DNA of 64,000 nt, taken from positions 1 to 64,000 of the IMG/VR virus record IMGVR_UViG_3300050014_000310; one strand, 5' to 3'. The position numbers and the translations under genes are program-made. The DNA is from a virus. A model generated the notes under the pieces. It saw nothing but the letters and a program-made list of their open reading frames with translations. It was not told the origin of the DNA and searched no databases. Shown here piece after piece: positions 36,378 to 45,478 of this stretch (within the stretch, counting starts at the first letter, position 1; every line of letters starts with the position of its first letter).

Positions 36378-36581
36378 CTACGCTGCCGGCAACGATCCGT
36401 TAGAGCCGTGAATCTGTAGCAGCGCATCCTTGGCCTTGGCCTGGCGCATCATTCGCTGAACCTTCTTCTGATCGTCTTTCAGCGAGAGCCCCAACATGGC
36501 CGCTTTCTTCAATGCCGGCAGCACATATTCCCTGAAGCCCCTAGCCGTGCCTGCGAAACCAATGCCACTCAAGCCGCTCAA
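36378..36581 (-). CDS. small hypothetical protein
   Basis: GFAGTARGFREY; TTGA coupling. Confidence 0.5.
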   Translation of the reverse strand: MSGLSGIGFAGTARGFREYVLPALKKAAMLGLSLKDDQKKVQRMMRQAKAKDALLQIHGSNGSLPAA

Positions 36582-36847
36582 GCTGCCTCCTCCTTTTCCT
36601 GCTCGTTGTAGAAGTAATCCACCAGCCCATCAATGCCGTACGCCTGCTCCATTAACCGGAGTATGTGTTCCTTTGGCATGACCTCTCCGGACTCGTAGCG
36701 TTTCAGTTGTCTCTCGCAGATGTGGATCCTCATTGACGCTGCTAGCTGACTGCATCCCCTGCCGCTGTCCGCCGCTTCTCTCGCCAGTCTCATGTACATT
36801 TGCAAACTGGCTACCTTGAATTTTGCGATTGTCACTTTTTGTGACAC
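36578..36847 (-). CDS. XRE-type HTH regulator
   Basis: RLARE..SQLAASMRIHICERQLKRYESG. Confidence 0.7.
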   Translation of the reverse strand: MSQKVTIAKFKVASLQMYMRLAREAADSGRGCSQLAASMRIHICERQLKRYESGEVMPKEHILRLMEQAYGIDGLVDYFYNEQEKEEAA

Positions 36848-37104
36848 TCCTCTCTGTTATATTTGTGGCGGCAGGGAATTTGGGTCACCTGATATGACCC
36901 GATGCTTTCAACAATTTTTCAACTGTGGTCAATTTTCTGTGAAACAGCTTCCGCAACCATTTGCCCATTTGCCCACCTCACTTTTTGGTCTTTGACAATT
37001 TCTTCATCTTTGCCTTGGCCACCAGGTCATACCGGCCCGATGGCCAGGCCAAAAACGAAGCTATATGGGAAGGGATGTACTCCGGGCTATGCCGTAACCC
37101 GGAA

Positions 37105-37368
37105 TTATAAGTGCTGAAGCAATGCTTTGATCTTTAGGATCTGGTCGGCATACCAGTCTGCCAGATTGGGTTCCTCGGGGACCGGGTGCTGATCTAGATG
37201 TTGGGCATTGTCCTGGTATTTTTGTAGCAGGTCCCGCAGGGCAATCTTGATGATGACCGAGTAATCAGGGTCGTCGGTGGTGATGGTCAGGGTTCCAAAG
37301 CTTTCTTTGGCGTATTTGCGGTCTACTGTAGTCATGTCGGGATGCCTAGCCTTTCTGCTATTTGACAA
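37105..37368 (-). CDS. hypothetical protein
   Basis: Operonic ORF; start uncertain. Confidence 0.45.
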   Translation of the reverse strand: MSNSRKARHPDMTTVDRKYAKESFGTLTITTDDPDYSVIIKIALRDLLQKYQDNAQHLDQHPVPEEPNLADWYADQILKIKALLQHL

Positions 37369-37423
37369 TAAGCGGATTCAATGATACCGATGAGGCAGCA
37401 GAGGATGACCAGTAAGTCTTGCA

Positions 37424-38077
37424 TCATGACGCAATGGCCTTCATTGCTCGGCGCTGGTATGAATCTGTTAGAACACGTTTTCTCTCCTGGAAATCCGGGA
37501 TTGCCATGATTAAGCCGATGTCAATTCTCTGGAGCGATCTGACTGATGCGATTTGTTCCGGTGACAGGTAGGGGCGAATAGACGGCACTTTTTCTATCCG
37601 ATGTGCTTCCCGGAATTGCTTTGATGACACACCCAGCACTATGCGATTGATCATGTCGAGCTCATTGGAAAAGTGATAATGTTTCGGCTCCTCATGGGTC
37701 AGCATGATCGCCTGGGTAAATTCGGGGAAATCGGCCTTCGCCTCGTAAAGGTTTTTGATGAAGGTTTCCATGTTGTTGAAACTATTGATATAGGCTTCCT
37801 TGAACTGAGCGGCCTTCTTGCCAGTAAAACCCATTACCGTGAAGGCGAATCCATCTCTGGTTAACAGATATTCCGGCTGCTTTTTGTTCTGAGAGTTTTT
37901 GTATGAGGACTCCACAAAATTGCGTTGTCTAAAATCTTCACTGCACTCGCAGTTGTCGATTGCCCTAAGTACGATGTCGTGTCTTTTCTTAAATTTCTCA
38001 GCCACGTAGCGACTACCCACAACTGGGATCCCCTTGTACTCGGTTACTCCGAATTCATCAATCGGCTGAATGTTCAT
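37424..38077 (-). CDS. Rha-family phage regulatory protein
   Basis: SRYVAE.F.KRH..VLR.I, YLLTRDGF...VMGFTGKKA.QFKEAYI..FN.ME. Confidence 0.92.
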   Translation of the reverse strand: MNIQPIDEFGVTEYKGIPVVGSRYVAEKFKKRHDIVLRAIDNCECSEDFRQRNFVESSYKNSQNKKQPEYLLTRDGFAFTVMGFTGKKAAQFKEAYINSFNNMETFIKNLYEAKADFPEFTQAIMLTHEEPKHYHFSNELDMINRIVLGVSSKQFREAHRIEKVPSIRPYLSPEQIASVRSLQRIDIGLIMAIPDFQERKRVLTDSYQRRAMKAIAS

Positions 38078-38367
38078 CGTGCTACCGCTTCCTCTCTATG
38101 CTTCCGTCCGCAGCCGGGCTTCGGTTTCCATTGCATCTGGGATGGCACTCTGGCTTGTATCCGCAGCGGTTCCCTGAGAGCAGATTGCAAATTGTTCAGC
38201 GCCGTCTCGGCTAGCCATTTTTCAAAGGTTTCCTTCGGAATGGAGAGTTTGCGATTGCCAGCTCGCACGAAAGGTATCTGATGGTTTCTGACCATGCTAT
38301 AAATGAGATCCTTGCTCCATCCAGTGCGTTTTGAAGTTTCCGTGATGCTCATGTTCAGTTCTGCCAT
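38074..38367 (-). CDS. xis: excisionase-like HTH protein
   Basis: MSITET...G.S...IY.MV....IP.VR.G......P...F.KWL. Confidence 0.8.
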   Translation of the reverse strand: MAELNMSITETSKRTGWSKDLIYSMVRNHQIPFVRAGNRKLSIPKETFEKWLAETALNNLQSALREPLRIQARVPSQMQWKPKPGCGRKHREEAVAR

Positions 38368-38426
38368 GGGTGCTCCTTGTAAAATCTTGATTTCCGGGCA
38401 CACTACCCGAAAAAGGGGTGTGTGCA

Positions 38427-38612
38427 ATGGTGCAGTACAAGTTTCAGTTGATAGCCGACAACGATCACGAATCGCTTAAAACTAAGTTGAATGCCTGGTT
38501 GCTTGAGGAGAAACCTGAGCGAATATTGAAGACGGATTTTGTAACAGATGGAAGCGAGTTCACTTACTGTGCGATGGTTCTTTACATTGGGAAAAAGCAG
38601 ATCGCTGGTTAG
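38427..38612 (+). CDS. small protein, weakly Cse60 (sporulation protein)-like
   Basis: AAGGGGTG RBS; L...LNAWL...I...Y.AMVLY pattern; antisense to the cro operon. Confidence 0.45.
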   Translation: MVQYKFQLIADNDHESLKTKLNAWLLEEKPERILKTDFVTDGSEFTYCAMVLYIGKKQIAG

Positions 38613-38845
38613 TCTCCGTCCGTGCCTGTAGCATTTAGCTGTGGCGTACCGCCACTTTCTTGGTTAAAAAAAATGGTCCAGTCAAAGCTAAGGACATCAG
38701 CAATTTTCTTTGCAGTCTCTACGCTTGGGCTTCTTATCCCAGATTCTATCTGGGTATAAAAAGAGCGGTCAATTCCTGCTAAATCGGCAGTTTCCTGATG
38801 CGTCTTATTTCCTCTGAGTGTTGTGAGCCAAACCCTCTGCAACAT
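38609..38845 (-). CDS. Cro-like XRE repressor
   Basis: THQETADLAGIDRSFYTQIESG.R.PS...AKKIA; divergent from cI. Confidence 0.88.
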   Translation of the reverse strand: MLQRVWLTTLRGNKTHQETADLAGIDRSFYTQIESGIRSPSVETAKKIADVLSFDWTIFFNQESGGTPQLNATGTDGD

Positions 38846-38858
38846 TATCACCTCTATT

Positions 38859-38964
38859 GTGGCGTTACGCAACCTTTGCATCCTTATTATAATGGTGCGC
38901 TACGCAACATGTCAATAGGTCTTGTTGAGAATCGCCACAAATATTTTAAGTTGCAGAGCGCAAC
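38859..38964. promoter_or_regulatory. immunity switch: four GTTGCG-N3-CGCAAC-like operators with divergent SigA promoters
   Basis: Operators at 38859, 38894, 38924, 38950 (fifth at 38641); leftward TTGACA(38915-38910)-N18-TATAAT(38891-38886); rightward TATAAT at 38967. Confidence 0.8.
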
Positions 38965-38992
38965 GATATAATAAGATAAAGGCGGTGATTTT

Positions 38993-39349
38993 ATGCTAGG
39001 CAACAGGCTCACTAAATTAAGAAAAGAGGTTGGTCTGACCCAACAACAGTTGGCAGATAAACTATACATCTCAAGAGATACGTACGCTCAATACGAAATT
39101 GGCCGAAGAAACCCTGATTACGAAACTCTAACCAAGATAGCCGATTATTTTCATGTATCAACAGACTATTTTCTTGGGCGTACCGATGTTCGGAGTGCTA
39201 TTCAATCTGCTTCTGTTTCCGAAAAAGAGGTGGATGACGCTGCCCTGGCCGCCGCTAAGGAATTGGGGAGTGTTGACGTTAAGGTATTGAGAAAAATTGT
39301 CAAAGAAACTATCATGGAGGCCTTTGAATCCGACAGAAGAGGAAGATAG
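38993..39349 (+). CDS. CI/ImmR-like XRE repressor
   Basis: RL..LRK..GLTQQQLA..L.ISR......E.G.R.PD..TL..IADYF.VSTDY.LGR. Confidence 0.92.
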   Translation: MLGNRLTKLRKEVGLTQQQLADKLYISRDTYAQYEIGRRNPDYETLTKIADYFHVSTDYFLGRTDVRSAIQSASVSEKEVDDAALAAAKELGSVDVKVLRKIVKETIMEAFESDRRGR

Positions 39350-39351
39350 CC

Positions 39352-39849
39352 ATGGATAGTCTCCTCGAAATTGTCCACAGGGAAAATATCTATCTGGCGT
39401 ATAAGGATTTGAGATCGGCGGGCCCCCTTTTGGGGTTATATATCAATTGTAAAAATAAGGGGATCATTCTCTTGGACAACTCTTTATTTTACGGTTATAG
39501 ACTTCATAGGTGTATTCTGGCGCATGAGTTGGGACATCATTTTTTCCCGCCTCGATCTAGAATTATTGCCTTTCACCGGAGTGACTTCAACCAGGATATA
39601 ACTACGAGCCAAGACGAGCAGAAAGCTATGAAATATGGCACTAACCTGCTTTTGCCAACAGAGCAGGTTTGGACGGCGATCAAGAATGGTTACGATAGCG
39701 TTTCCCTGCTAGCTGAATATTTCTATGTCACAGATTGGTTTGTTCGAGCAAAGATAGGATTTATCCGGTTGGATGAACGAGAACGAGGGAACAAACTAAA
39801 ATGGAGAGACATCCTGAACAGACCGCCTAACGGCGGTTTCTGTATCTAA
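39352..39849 (+). CDS. ImmA/IrrE-family metallopeptidase (anti-repressor)
   Basis: LAHELGHH, E.KA, LLP, LAEYF.VT. Confidence 0.9.
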   Translation: MDSLLEIVHRENIYLAYKDLRSAGPLLGLYINCKNKGIILLDNSLFYGYRLHRCILAHELGHHFFPPRSRIIAFHRSDFNQDITTSQDEQKAMKYGTNLLLPTEQVWTAIKNGYDSVSLLAEYFYVTDWFVRAKIGFIRLDERERGNKLKWRDILNRPPNGGFCI

Positions 39850-39856
39850 TAAAGCA

Positions 39857-39883
39857 TTCGACAGGTTACGACCATATTCGACA
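39857..39883. promoter_or_regulatory. putative Spo0A boxes upstream of integrase
   Basis: TTCGACA (reverse complement of TGTCGAA) at 39857 and 39877; degenerate TACGACC at 39867. Confidence 0.55.
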
Positions 39884-39922
39884 TTAACCAGGTTTTTAGC
39901 CCTACATAAGAATTATTGTGAG

Positions 39923-41086
39923 GTGATCCCTACGTTCAGCAGTCACGTTGAAGACCGCGGCAATGCATGGCGAATCATAATCAACACAAAGCCCAAACGC
40001 ACACTTAAAAACATCAAAAAGAGCATCTTGAAAACTCAGAAGGAAGCAGAAAGATATGCGGATAGGTTGGCTGAAGAGATAGAAAAAGGTCTCTACCAGG
40101 AATCTTCGAACATGTCTGTGTCCGCCTACTTTGACAAGTGGCTGCAGCACATAGAAAGCACTAACGCGTGGGAATACAAAACGTATGTCCGCAATAAAGG
40201 AATTATTGATAATTATTTCTTACCGGCGCTGGGAATCATCAAAATATCCCAGCTTAAACCATTGGAAATCCAAGAACATCTTGATCGGACACAGCAGACG
40301 GAAAATGATGGACCAGGGCTTAAAGCCAGCACAGCCTTGAAACATTACAATTTGCTCCATGCAGCTTTTAAGCAGGCATTTAAGTGGGAACTCATACCCG
40401 GCAACCCCGTTGATAAAGTTAGCCCGCCAACAGTCAAAGAAAAATATGATGTGCCAATCTTGCCAAACGGCAAAGCTATAGTAGAGTTCCAAGAATCCTT
40501 CGAGCCGGGTACGACGCTATATCTGCCGGTATTGATTTCAACCACTGGAAGTTTAAGGCGTGGCGAGGTATGCGGGTTGCAATGGCGAGATATGGAGTGG
40601 GAAACCAGAAGGCTTTGGGTCAGGCGCAGTTTGCAGCGGATCACAGGCGAAGGGTTGAAGTTAAAACCATACACAAAAAATGACAAAATAAGGTCGGTTG
40701 TTTTGCCACCAACAGTTGTAGAAATTTTAAAGAAAGAATACATGGCTCGCTTTAATGGGGACGATCTCGGTCTTCACGGCGAAGAATATATATGCCTGAA
40801 TACCAAGGGATGTCCGGTCGCCCCCGATCTTATAACCCTCACGTTTAAGAGGAAGAAGTTGCCGATCACCTTCCACGGTTGCCGGCACTCCCACGATAGC
40901 CTTCTGGCAAGACTAGGCGTAAGGAACAAGTTGATTGCCGACAGAGCAGGAAGGGGTGAGGTGCTAACAGAGAAAATCTATACGCATCTCCAGCCCGATC
41001 AGCAAGATGAGGTTTCGCTAATTGTTGAAAAGGACTTGTATAAGACAAAGAAAAAAATCAGAATGAAACTGGTCAGGAAGAAATAG
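39923..41086 (+). CDS. int: tyrosine integrase
   Basis: GSLRRGE..GLQW.D, TKN, FHGCRHS, IYTH. Confidence 0.93.
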   Translation: MIPTFSSHVEDRGNAWRIIINTKPKRTLKNIKKSILKTQKEAERYADRLAEEIEKGLYQESSNMSVSAYFDKWLQHIESTNAWEYKTYVRNKGIIDNYFLPALGIIKISQLKPLEIQEHLDRTQQTENDGPGLKASTALKHYNLLHAAFKQAFKWELIPGNPVDKVSPPTVKEKYDVPILPNGKAIVEFQESFEPGTTLYLPVLISTTGSLRRGEVCGLQWRDMEWETRRLWVRRSLQRITGEGLKLKPYTKNDKIRSVVLPPTVVEILKKEYMARFNGDDLGLHGEEYICLNTKGCPVAPDLITLTFKRKKLPITFHGCRHSHDSLLARLGVRNKLIADRAGRGEVLTEKIYTHLQPDQQDEVSLIVEKDLYKTKKKIRMKLVRKK

Positions 41087-41353
41087 CACCTATTTTAGCA
41101 CCTTTTTGAGTTTAACGCCCGATAATGGACAATCAAAAACCCCGCAATCGCTTGCGGGGCTTGCTTTCTGCTGGAGCCCACATCCGGGCTCGAACCGGAG
41201 ACCTCCGCCTTACCAAGGCGACGAGCACCATGCTACTGTTGTGATTACCGTTGATGCAACCCTGATATACCAAGCGTTTCATGTCTCTAGTTCTGGCTTT
41301 TTAAGGCGCTTTATAGGTGCTTTCGGGTGCTGATTAGCACCTGTTTTAGCACC
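41084..41353. other. attP: tRNA-Thr-derived core flanked by arm-type repeats
   Basis: TAGCACC at 41084, 41096, 41335, 41347; inverted GGTGCT at about 41316 and 41326. Confidence 0.85.
41172..41220 (-). other. att core: 3' half of tRNA-Thr(GGT), not a full tRNA
   Basis: Minus strand CGCC-TTGGTAA-GGCG GAGGTC TCCGG-TTCGAGC-CCGGA TGTGGGCTCCA; no D arm. Confidence 0.88.
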
Positions 41354-41367
41354 TGAAAAACTCTAGC

Positions 41368-41547
41368 CTACAACGACTGTTTCCTCCGCTTCACCCGCTC
41401 GATCAGATCATCCTGTTTCCCTTCTAAAACTTCATCCACCAGGGCATTGATCACGTCATGCATCGTCACTCCCTGCTGCGCGCAATAAACCTTGAACGCC
41501 TGCTTCTTGTCGTCCGGCATCCAGACAGATAGTTGTGGCTGTCTCAT
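41368..41547 (-). CDS. ribbon-helix-helix (ParG-like) protein (59 aa, not in track)
   Basis: MRQPQLSVWMPDDKKQAFKVYCAQQGVTMHDVI; GAGG RBS. Confidence 0.7.
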   Translation of the reverse strand: MRQPQLSVWMPDDKKQAFKVYCAQQGVTMHDVINALVDEVLEGKQDDLIERVKRRKQSL

Positions 41548-41628
41548 TATTCCTCACCTTCCATATTTTACTACACACATTTTAACATTCCTGCTCATAT
41601 AAATAAATAAAATCGCACAAGGGGGAAT

Positions 41629-41811
41629 GTGAACATGTTAAGAAGCGTGAGAAATACTGCCCTGGCCATGTCAGCAGGATTAATAATCTCCGGCTTTCTG
41701 TCTATCGGCCTACCGCTAGCCCTAATCAGCGTCTCCACCCTGCTCGGTTCCGGCATCGCCGCCGGCGTGATCGGCATCGGACTGGAGGTGATTTCACATG
41801 GAAATAACTAA
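41629..41811 (+). CDS. small membrane protein
   Basis: Two hydrophobic helices; AAGGGGG RBS. Confidence 0.6.
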   Translation: MNMLRSVRNTALAMSAGLIISGFLSIGLPLALISVSTLLGSGIAAGVIGIGLEVISHGNN

Positions 41812-42175
41812 ATTGGCAGAAGAAGACATTCATGTGATCCGTACCTGCGTCTCATTGTTTCTCAAAAGCAGGAACGGCCCGGCCCGCGACATGATGGCGA
41901 GATCGATCAGATACATTTTGAATCAGTACGGCATTCCAAGGTTACAGTTGGATACATTTTCGGTGAGGGCGACCGGGAAAAAGTTCGCGGTGGTGGAAGG
42001 GATCGATTGGATTTCGGGGGATCGGAGATGTCCTTCCTGCGAGGCACCTATTTATGGAGATGATTCCAAGGTGGCAATACTCTCGATTAGAGAGAATCAG
42101 CCGGAAGGATTTGACGAATGTTCCTACGGGTGTGTTTGTGGAAGGATTTTTCGCAAGCTAGAAAAAAACGAGTGA
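41798..42175 (+). CDS. hypothetical protein with C-terminal Zn ribbon
   Basis: GGAGGTG RBS; CPSC...CVCG. Confidence 0.65.
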   Translation: MEITKLAEEDIHVIRTCVSLFLKSRNGPARDMMARSIRYILNQYGIPRLQLDTFSVRATGKKFAVVEGIDWISGDRRCPSCEAPIYGDDSKVAILSIRENQPEGFDECSYGCVCGRIFRKLEKNE

Positions 42176-42254
42176 GGGTTGGCTGATAAAGCTTGTCCAC
42201 GGTTGAACCGAATATAAACTAAGAACATGTTTTCGTCATGCGCCACTTTGCAGA

Positions 42255-42352
42255 TTGACACCCTTAAAATTTATGATATATTTTGACCATGGCGTAAGTT
42301 GGTTTTCCAGCTAGAAGGGGTGATGCCAAAAAGTATCACCCCTTCTCTGTTT
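42255..42352 (+). ncRNA. candidate small RNA (promoter plus two hairpins)
   Basis: TTGACA-N16-TATATT with TG extension; AGTTGG/CCAGCT hairpin; AGAAGGGGTGAT/ATCACCCCTTCT terminator-like stem. Confidence 0.45.
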
Positions 42353-42582
42353 CTGGGCATTTAAGGCTCGGGTGCGTTCTGATAGGACAGAATCAGACAG
42401 GATTTGCCCCAGGTTGCGCGATCGGCGGCTCCTACGTGTGATTCTACCTATGGGGATGCTACACCCCCCTAGAATCGCAAAATATGAGGGTATTGATTTA
42501 GCCTTCGTGTAGGTTGGATAAAGTTAGCAAGAGGATGGAATATTTCGGGGAATATTTTACGCGGGAAATGCAAAGCCCCCGG

Positions 42583-42798
42583 TCATTTGTCGGGGTCTCT
42601 GCATGCTTTGTACTGCTCAATCGTCGTTCGTAGCCACACCGGTTGCATCTTCCCATTGCTTTTATCGATCTGTTCATCCGCCGGCGGGAACACACCCCGT
42701 TTGATGTATTCCGCTACCTGTTGCTTTTTCCATCCCAGGACAGCGGCCGCTGCTGCCACCCCGAGCATCGGCTCTCTAATATTCGTCGTATCGCTCAT
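42583..42798 (-). CDS. small HTH DNA-binding protein
   Basis: LGV..AA..LGW.KQ.V..Y..RG.FP.......PVW....IE.Y. Confidence 0.7.
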   Translation of the reverse strand: MSDTTNIREPMLGVAAAAAVLGWKKQQVAEYIKRGVFPPADEQIDKSNGKMQPVWLRTTIEQYKACRDPDK

Positions 42799-43319
42799 AA
42801 TGGATTCTCCGATATGAATTTAGCCTTGACCAGGTCAAAATCTCCGCCGCCGGTACGGGCTATAATTGCCTTTGCTTTTTCGATGATCTCTTTAGCCGTG
42901 TCTCGCTGCAGTTGTTCCCAATGTATCCCTGATGACCGGACATACTTCAGATTCTCGTCATACCAGTGGAACACCATCCATTCCTGCTCAGCCAGGGCCT
43001 CGATGGCCGGCTCATGATCCCGGTCTGGCCGGTTGATATTAAGGAAGGCGTCCATGTGAAGCGGATCACCAGGCCGGTCATAAACCTTCACGTCCAGCCG
43101 AATCAGAGGGCAGCCGTCCACTTCGTGCAGCTCCAGTTTGACACTGTGGACCGCGTTCTGACAATCCCTAATAGTCTTAGCATCAACATGGGTGAAGAGG
43201 GCGCAACCGGTATTGGTCCAGGTAGGGATGCAGCCGAAGCCCATAAGCCTGAATCCGGTGATCATATTTTCGTCAAGGTAACTGAGGGGTGCCTGTAGGA
43301 TATGCTCAGGAATTTTCAA
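42795..43319 (-). CDS. hypothetical protein
   Basis: GGAGG RBS, 174 aa. Confidence 0.7.
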   Translation of the reverse strand: MKIPEHILQAPLSYLDENMITGFRLMGFGCIPTWTNTGCALFTHVDAKTIRDCQNAVHSVKLELHEVDGCPLIRLDVKVYDRPGDPLHMDAFLNINRPDRDHEPAIEALAEQEWMVFHWYDENLKYVRSSGIHWEQLQRDTAKEIIEKAKAIIARTGGGDFDLVKAKFISENPL

Positions 43320-43331
43320 GGTAATTCCTCC

Positions 43332-43628
43332 CTAGTATTCGTCGTATTGATCATCTGTCAGCAACCCCAATTCGCTGCTGTAGTCAGCCTCGACAACCAC
43401 ATACCCGTCAACGAATCTATACCCCTTCTCCAGCACGTACTTAACCGGGACAGGCACTTCGTAATCGTCCATATTTCCTTTGGCCTCTTCTAGGTGCATC
43501 TCCAGGACGCACATGATCGAATGGCCGGAGTCCAGGATGTAATAATGATACGGTTTCAACTCTTCCGGCAAACCGGGATATGGCCGATTTTGAACCATGT
43601 GGGCGATGTCTTCTAGACTTTTGCGCAT
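43332..43628 (-). CDS. acidic hypothetical protein
   Basis: GGAGG RBS. Confidence 0.7.
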   Translation of the reverse strand: MRKSLEDIAHMVQNRPYPGLPEELKPYHYYILDSGHSIMCVLEMHLEEAKGNMDDYEVPVPVKYVLEKGYRFVDGYVVVEADYSSELGLLTDDQYDEY

Positions 43629-43645
43629 ATTGCCCTCCTGCAATT

Positions 43646-44155
43646 TTAGTTGCCTTCCCACGCTCGGGAAAATTCGCGATCCTTAAACAGCGCTGCCAGG
43701 CCGGTGATCTGTTTCAGCCGCAGCACCTCCTCGGCATCCATGCCCAGATGCTTGGCGATCCAGGTGTCGCTCCGGCCGAGATCGTGCAGTTCCGCAACAA
43801 TGTTGCTCATCAGGTCGATGTCATGGCTACCTCTGGCGCGGTTATGCCTGATCGTGCTGGCTATTCTGTCGGCCATAGGTTTATCAATCACAGACACCGG
43901 CAAACAACCGTTTTCCCGCTCGAAGATGTCTTTATGCTTCAGCATTACAGTGTAACGGTGGAAGCCATCCACGATCTCATAGGTGTCGGTTTCAGGGTCA
44001 TAATAGCAGACGATAGGCATCGTGTAGCCGTCCTCTTTGATGCTCCAGTAGAGCAGTTCCATCTCCGGGGGAGCAACGGCATTGGGATTCCAGGAATTGG
44101 CCTTTATCTTTCCAATTGGCACTGATATCACATTGTAAGCAGGGCTTTTAAACAT
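43646..44155 (-). CDS. ibrB: IbrB-like ParB/Srx-domain protein
   Basis: ANSWNPNAVAPPEM.LL..SI.EDGYT.PIV, IVDGFHRY, ASTIRHNRARG.H. Confidence 0.9.
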   Translation of the reverse strand: MFKSPAYNVISVPIGKIKANSWNPNAVAPPEMELLYWSIKEDGYTMPIVCYYDPETDTYEIVDGFHRYTVMLKHKDIFERENGCLPVSVIDKPMADRIASTIRHNRARGSHDIDLMSNIVAELHDLGRSDTWIAKHLGMDAEEVLRLKQITGLAALFKDREFSRAWEGN

Positions 44156-44167
44156 GTTATCACCCTC

Positions 44168-45478
44168 TCAAATATCTCTGTATTTTTCTTTTATCGCGTT
44201 GATCCTTGACTGCTGCTCCTTGTTGGGGCCGAACCCCATAAACCTGCACATATGGTCGTTTTTCAGGATGCAAGCGCACATTCGCTTCCAACTTGGAATA
44301 TCAATGGTACCCCTTACATTGTCGGTATCGTCGGCCATCTCTCCTTCAAAAACTATCTTACTTTTTCCATCCTTGGTGAAATTGGAAACACCGTTGCGCT
44401 GTATTCCGTAGCCGCACGCTTCTATTTCTCTTATCACATCTTCAGCGAACCCTCCCCCAGTCTTTGCCCAGAACTCAGCAGATGTCTTGAATTTCTCCAG
44501 ATAGTTCTCCCGGATTCTCTCCGGCAATGTGCTCAGCAAAAACTCAGTATAGCTTTTCCAAGTGTGCCCTTCCGGTAGTGTCATGTTCCGGTAGCCCATC
44601 GCCTTGGTACCGCCGTAGATGGCGCCGAAGTTCGCCCCTTTGACTCTGCCCACTAGTTTGGCCCAGGTCTCGGGTTCAAGCACCCGGTACATATTTAGTG
44701 ATTCCATCGCCCACTCGTTGAAGGGGGACGCCACACGCATCTGATCGATTGTCAGCCCGGCCTTGTAATAGAGATCATACAGCTTGTTGTAATCGTACCC
44801 GAATTTCCCGTTAGCCGTCCAAACGTCCTCCACCCGCCAATCATACAGAGGTGATGCGCTCCAGACATCCTTGAAGCCGGCGGTGATCCAATTCTTACCC
44901 TGATAGGGATGGCGCTTGTTTATTACAGCGCTATACCGGCTCAGCGACTCATCAGCCCTGAGGCCCAGCAGCCCTATGGTAGTGCCGCCCATTTTGTTTT
45001 TGTACCAGCGCCCAAACTGCTTGAATATATCTTCCTGGTTCATCTTGTGCTTGTAAAAATCGAATGGATTATTCTCAAGGTTGATCACATAGGGCATTGC
45101 CGGCATATCCCGGACCCAGATATCCTTTTTGGCATCATCCCAGGGATACCAGTAGATCTCCTCGTTGCTCAGGGGTGTCTTGGATGCCATAGGCAGGCAT
45201 GTCCAATAGGGGTCAATGTCGTCAAGATTATCTGCGAACATTCTGGTCACATAATCGGTTGTTGCCTGGTATTGAGCTTCGAAATCCTGGTGAAACAGGC
45301 CGATCTTTTTGGCTATGCCGTTCCTGCGCTTGAAATCTAAGACCAGGTTGAGCAGCAGTCCGCTGTCCTTGCCGCCGCTGAAAGAAATATAAACGTTGTC
45401 AAACTCACTAAAGATAAATGCCAGCCGGTCTTGGAAAGCGTCGTAAACGTTCTGTTTCAGATACTTTTTCTCACTCAT
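44168..45478 (-). CDS. ibrA: IbrA-like PAPS-reductase/DUF3440 protein
   Basis: SFSGGKDSG, GLRADES..R, PLYDW, MRVASPF, RV.GANF, PSWKRMC..ILKND..C. Confidence 0.9.
   Translation of the reverse strand: MSEKKYLKQNVYDAFQDRLAFIFSEFDNVYISFSGGKDSGLLLNLVLDFKRRNGIAKKIGLFHQDFEAQYQATTDYVTRMFADNLDDIDPYWTCLPMASKTPLSNEEIYWYPWDDAKKDIWVRDMPAMPYVINLENNPFDFYKHKMNQEDIFKQFGRWYKNKMGGTTIGLLGLRADESLSRYSAVINKRHPYQGKNWITAGFKDVWSASPLYDWRVEDVWTANGKFGYDYNKLYDLYYKAGLTIDQMRVASPFNEWAMESLNMYRVLEPETWAKLVGRVKGANFGAIYGGTKAMGYRNMTLPEGHTWKSYTEFLLSTLPERIRENYLEKFKTSAEFWAKTGGGFAEDVIREIEACGYGIQRNGVSNFTKDGKSKIVFEGEMADDTDNVRGTIDIPSWKRMCACILKNDHMCRFMGFGPNKEQQSRINAIKEKYRDI

Noticed and set aside
36884-36967. 27-aa peptide MGKWLRKLFHRK... 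as an arbitrium-like signal
   Set aside because: It may be a real small ORF (GAGGTG RBS), but it has no signal peptide and there is no adjacent TPR receptor gene
41172-41245. Complete tRNA-Thr gene
   Set aside because: D arm and 5' acceptor strand are missing; it is the att core only
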